DNA from: Macrostomum lignano
Taxonomy: Eukaryota
Length of the DNA: 64,000 nt
Assembly (NCBI GenBank): GCA_002269645.1
Contig: NIVC01001752.1
Coordinates: 124,001-188,000, forward strand
Direction of reading: 5' to 3'
Position 1 is the stretch's first letter. Every line of letters begins with the position of its first letter. Below are positions 62,921 through 64,000 of the stretch, piece after piece. The position numbers were made by a program, and so were the translations under genes. The notes beneath the pieces are model-generated. The model ran no database searches, was not told the DNA's origin, and was given only the letters and a program-made list of their open reading frames with translations.

Positions 62921-63808
62921 ATGGTAAACCACCAGGCGGATGCATCAGTCGACAGAATCAGGGAAGTCAGACGAAGACTTGTCCAGGACCTACTCAATGG
63001 CATTGAGCCTGATCCCAGAGCGTTAGACCCTACAGCGGATATTGAAGACAACCGTCAATTCAGCTCGCCAATTCTGCAAAAGCTGTACACCACGGTGGAG
63101 CAATTCGGTGCTAGGAGCACCATACACGGTTTGCAGCACATCTTCCATTCCAGGGAGCTGACTCGCCGGATATTCTGGCTGGTTCTGATGCTGGTCGCAT
63201 TGTGTCTGGGCCTGGCGCACATGCACGCTACTGCGATGGAATTTCTAAGCAATCCACTGACTTCCCAGCTGAAACTAATGAGCGAGCAGGTGAAATTTCC
63301 AGACATCACTTTGTGCAACTTGAAGCCAGCCTCCGAGTCGATGTCTCTGGCTCCGGAGTTTCGCCAGTACATCCGCGATAAATGGGGCTACTTCGACAAT
63401 TGGTATGTCGAAGAGAGGAAACGAAGAGGGAACGAGAGCAAAGTGAACTTTTATGAACGAGCGCGGCTTGTGTTCGGCCGGCTGTTCCAGATCCTGTGGG
63501 TCTCTGGTGACTCGCGCGATATCGGAGTCCTGGACGTCACCCTTCTTCTGGATTGCTCCTACAACAGCATGAAATGTCACCAAAAGAACTTCAGTCTGAG
63601 GCAGAATTATCGCTTTTGGAATTGTTACACGTTCTTCGTGCACAAGGACAACTTGGTCACGGGAAAGGGCGGCAAGGGGGCCGAACTTGACTTGGTGCTG
63701 TTCACTGACAACCACAACACCGTACGACTCGAGGATTTGGACGGCAGCGCTAGGCAGAAAAATCTCAGCACTGGAATCTATAAGAGAAGTCGGCAGACGG
63801 AAGAGCAG
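62921..63808 (+). CDS. DEG/ENaC (amiloride-sensitive Na+ channel family), first coding exon; the gene probably continues past the window
   Basis: FGARSTIHG (HG motif), RRIFW TM1, KFPDITLCN, DCSY...C, NCYTF; probable donor CAG|gttaat at 63808. Confidence 0.92.
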
Positions 63809-64000
63809 GTTAATTTTATTAATTTATTTAACCTCAGAGGTGCTACTTTCCTTTAGGGAGGCAACAAAGAGGGAATAAATTTAGAAATAAAGATACTCCA
63901 TATGAAAAGGGCCTTGAGCCAGTGCATCTCTGAAACCAATCCTTAAGCCATGGCTTAACTATAGAGCCTTAAACTAGCTCTTCCATTGATTCTTTGCATG

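Overview
Eukaryotic, intron-containing animal DNA. The GT-AG introns, GC-rich exons in AT-rich spacers and gene content suggest a free-living flatworm such as Macrostomum, but that is inference only. A large share of the window is micro/minisatellite, and most long ORFs in the supplied track are tandem-repeat artefacts. Supported genes: an intronless class A GPCR, a secreted WSC-domain protein (2 exons), a 3-exon ankyrin-repeat/STE11-like kinase, a universal stress protein, an FkbM-family methyltransferase, the first exon of a DEG/ENaC channel, and a weakly supported orphan multi-exon gene. There are also relics of an ankyrin gene, a kinase and an HYKK/APH-like gene. Mobile elements: a young, internally deleted Mag-like Ty3/gypsy element (249-bp LTRs, 5-bp TSD), five copies of a hAT-type MITE carrying a 21-bp minisatellite, a Tc1 deletion derivative, a 3.6-kb non-autonomous Helitron, tRNA-derived SINEs and several foldback elements. 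The main finding is the ankyrin-kinase. Its 210-bp repeats are almost identical, yet they are hypervariable at the ankyrin ligand-binding (DARPin-randomised) positions, which points to a diversifying sensor-kinase receptor.
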